DNA of 64,000 nt, taken from contig CDMY01000228.1 in the NCBI GenBank assembly GCA_001179505.1, forward strand, positions 1 through 64,000, in the 5' to 3' direction. Below the pieces are notes generated by a model. That model ran no database searches. It was not told the DNA's origin and saw nothing but the letters and a program-made list of their open reading frames with translations. The translations under genes and the position numbers were made by a program. Shown piece after piece: positions 62,798-64,000 of the stretch. This DNA is from Vitrella brassicaformis CCMP3155. Lineage: Eukaryota > Protista > Chromerida. Positions within the stretch are counted from its first letter, which is position 1. Each line of letters opens with the position of its first letter.

Positions 62798-63240
62798 ATG
62801 AAACTGGGAAGCGTCTTCGTCCCGGTCGCGATTTGCTTCTCTATCTTGCAGGTGAGTCAGATGGCCACGCATCACAGTGCATTGTCCGCATCACATGCAG
62901 CTTCCATCTCATTTGCTTTGCCTCTGATCTGACGGCTGCGTTTGTGTCCTTTCAGTCTGTCTGCTTGTCTGCGGCGTCGCCATGTCAAGCACGGGCGGAG
63001 AGCGGCGGCTGGGAGGCGTCGGCAGTCGCAGGTCGACGATGACGAAGGCGAGGCACCAGAGGCATCTTTCGCCCGATGCGACAGCTCAGTGATGAAGACA
63101 TTGTGGTTGGTGCTTGTCAGTCTGGCCTTCACCCTGCACTTCGACGACCTGCCGCTCGTCGAGCGCGTCGCATCCGACAACCTCAGTGTGGTGTGCTTCA
63201 ACTCTTCACAAGCCGACTCCCCCACCCCAACCACACAGAG
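62798..63240 (+). CDS. 5' part of a hypothetical membrane or secreted protein, probably continuing past this region
   Basis: MKLGSVFVPVAICFSILQ|GT donor at 62852; downstream frame VDDDEGEAPE..MKTLWLVLVSLAFTLHF. Splicing is ambiguous. Confidence 0.3.
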
Positions 63241-63745
63241 GCGTATGCGCTCTACATGGCTGTGTGTGTACTGTGTGTGTGTGTGTCTTGGTCATCTGTG
63301 TGGGTGGTGGGAGGTAGGGGTGCATTATATACTGAGTTGTAGGTCTGTCTTGTGTGTCGGTCGTGGTCGTTCCTTCCTTCGATCATCGGAGGTATGGATG
63401 GCCAGAGTGTCTCTCTTGACTTAGTCGTGCGTGTGTCGGCTTGCCTGAATCAAAGGTGCTCGTTCTGCCCTGGCCACTGATCGCTTCTTGTCGCAACACA
63501 CATACCAGTAGAGTGACTTTTGTGTGTTGTGTGCGCATGCATTGGAGGGTTCATTTGGCGTCAATGAAGAACGTTCGGTTGTGATGTGGGCGAGCTGGCT
63601 TAGTGCGAGGGACGTATTGCATGCTCTGTGTCTCAGTCAGGGCTTTCTGTTGCCTGGGTGGACGACTGGCTGTGTGTGTGTGTGTGTGGGACTCGACTGG
63701 CTGCTGAACGGACAATGGCGCCTGCACGGAAGGTGTCAGTTGACA

Positions 63746-63778
<33 letters not shown>

Positions 63779-64000
63779 GGGCATCACAGCCGGTCTGGTC
63801 CACACGATGTGCAGTTAGCGCACCTGGTGGGCTGTGAAGATCCGCGAGCCATCATGGTCCGTGACTGCGTGGTGGTTCCTCACAGCTTACCACTTAGTCG
63901 GTGTGCCTGTGCCAAAAAGCCGAGCACTCACCTTCACACAAACACACACAACTTAACTACCAGAGACCGTCCCACATCTTCACCGCATCACCCCACCAAC

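Overview
Gene-dense, intron-rich, GC-rich eukaryotic DNA. The introns are full of (CA)n, (GA)n, (GGAT)n and (CAGA)n microsatellites. The gene content (bipartite plastid-targeting leaders, an LHC-like protein, ciliary genes) points to a photosynthetic flagellated alveolate; I infer a chromerid such as Vitrella brassicaformis. About 21 spliced genes were reconstructed by hand, most of them in head-to-head pairs. Recognisable products: Mnn2-type mannosyltransferase, FAM221, TRM6, two ankyrin proteins, a PEBP protein, organellar IleRS, dynein LC8, a J-like protein, a UPF1-like SF1 helicase, RNase H2B, an LHC-like protein, EFCAB2/DRC8, TMEM107, a PLP aminotransferase and SmD3. Three signals stand out. 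(1) A 406-bp foldback element at 35774-36179 has 175-bp arms that match at every base and are built of ~21-bp-phased AAAACCGGTTTT units, next to a (TA)n run. (2) A diverged ~210-bp direct repeat of an apparent bidirectional promoter (30881-31090 / 36191-36412) brackets a 5-kb block of duplicated, partly decayed modules and an HPD->HAD J-domain gene; each repeat copy keeps a different one of the two flanking genes. (3) A 941-aa, 7-exon gene at 621-3950 looks like an intronised, bacterial-type protein of unknown function. All exon models and family calls are manual and from memory, not from database searches.
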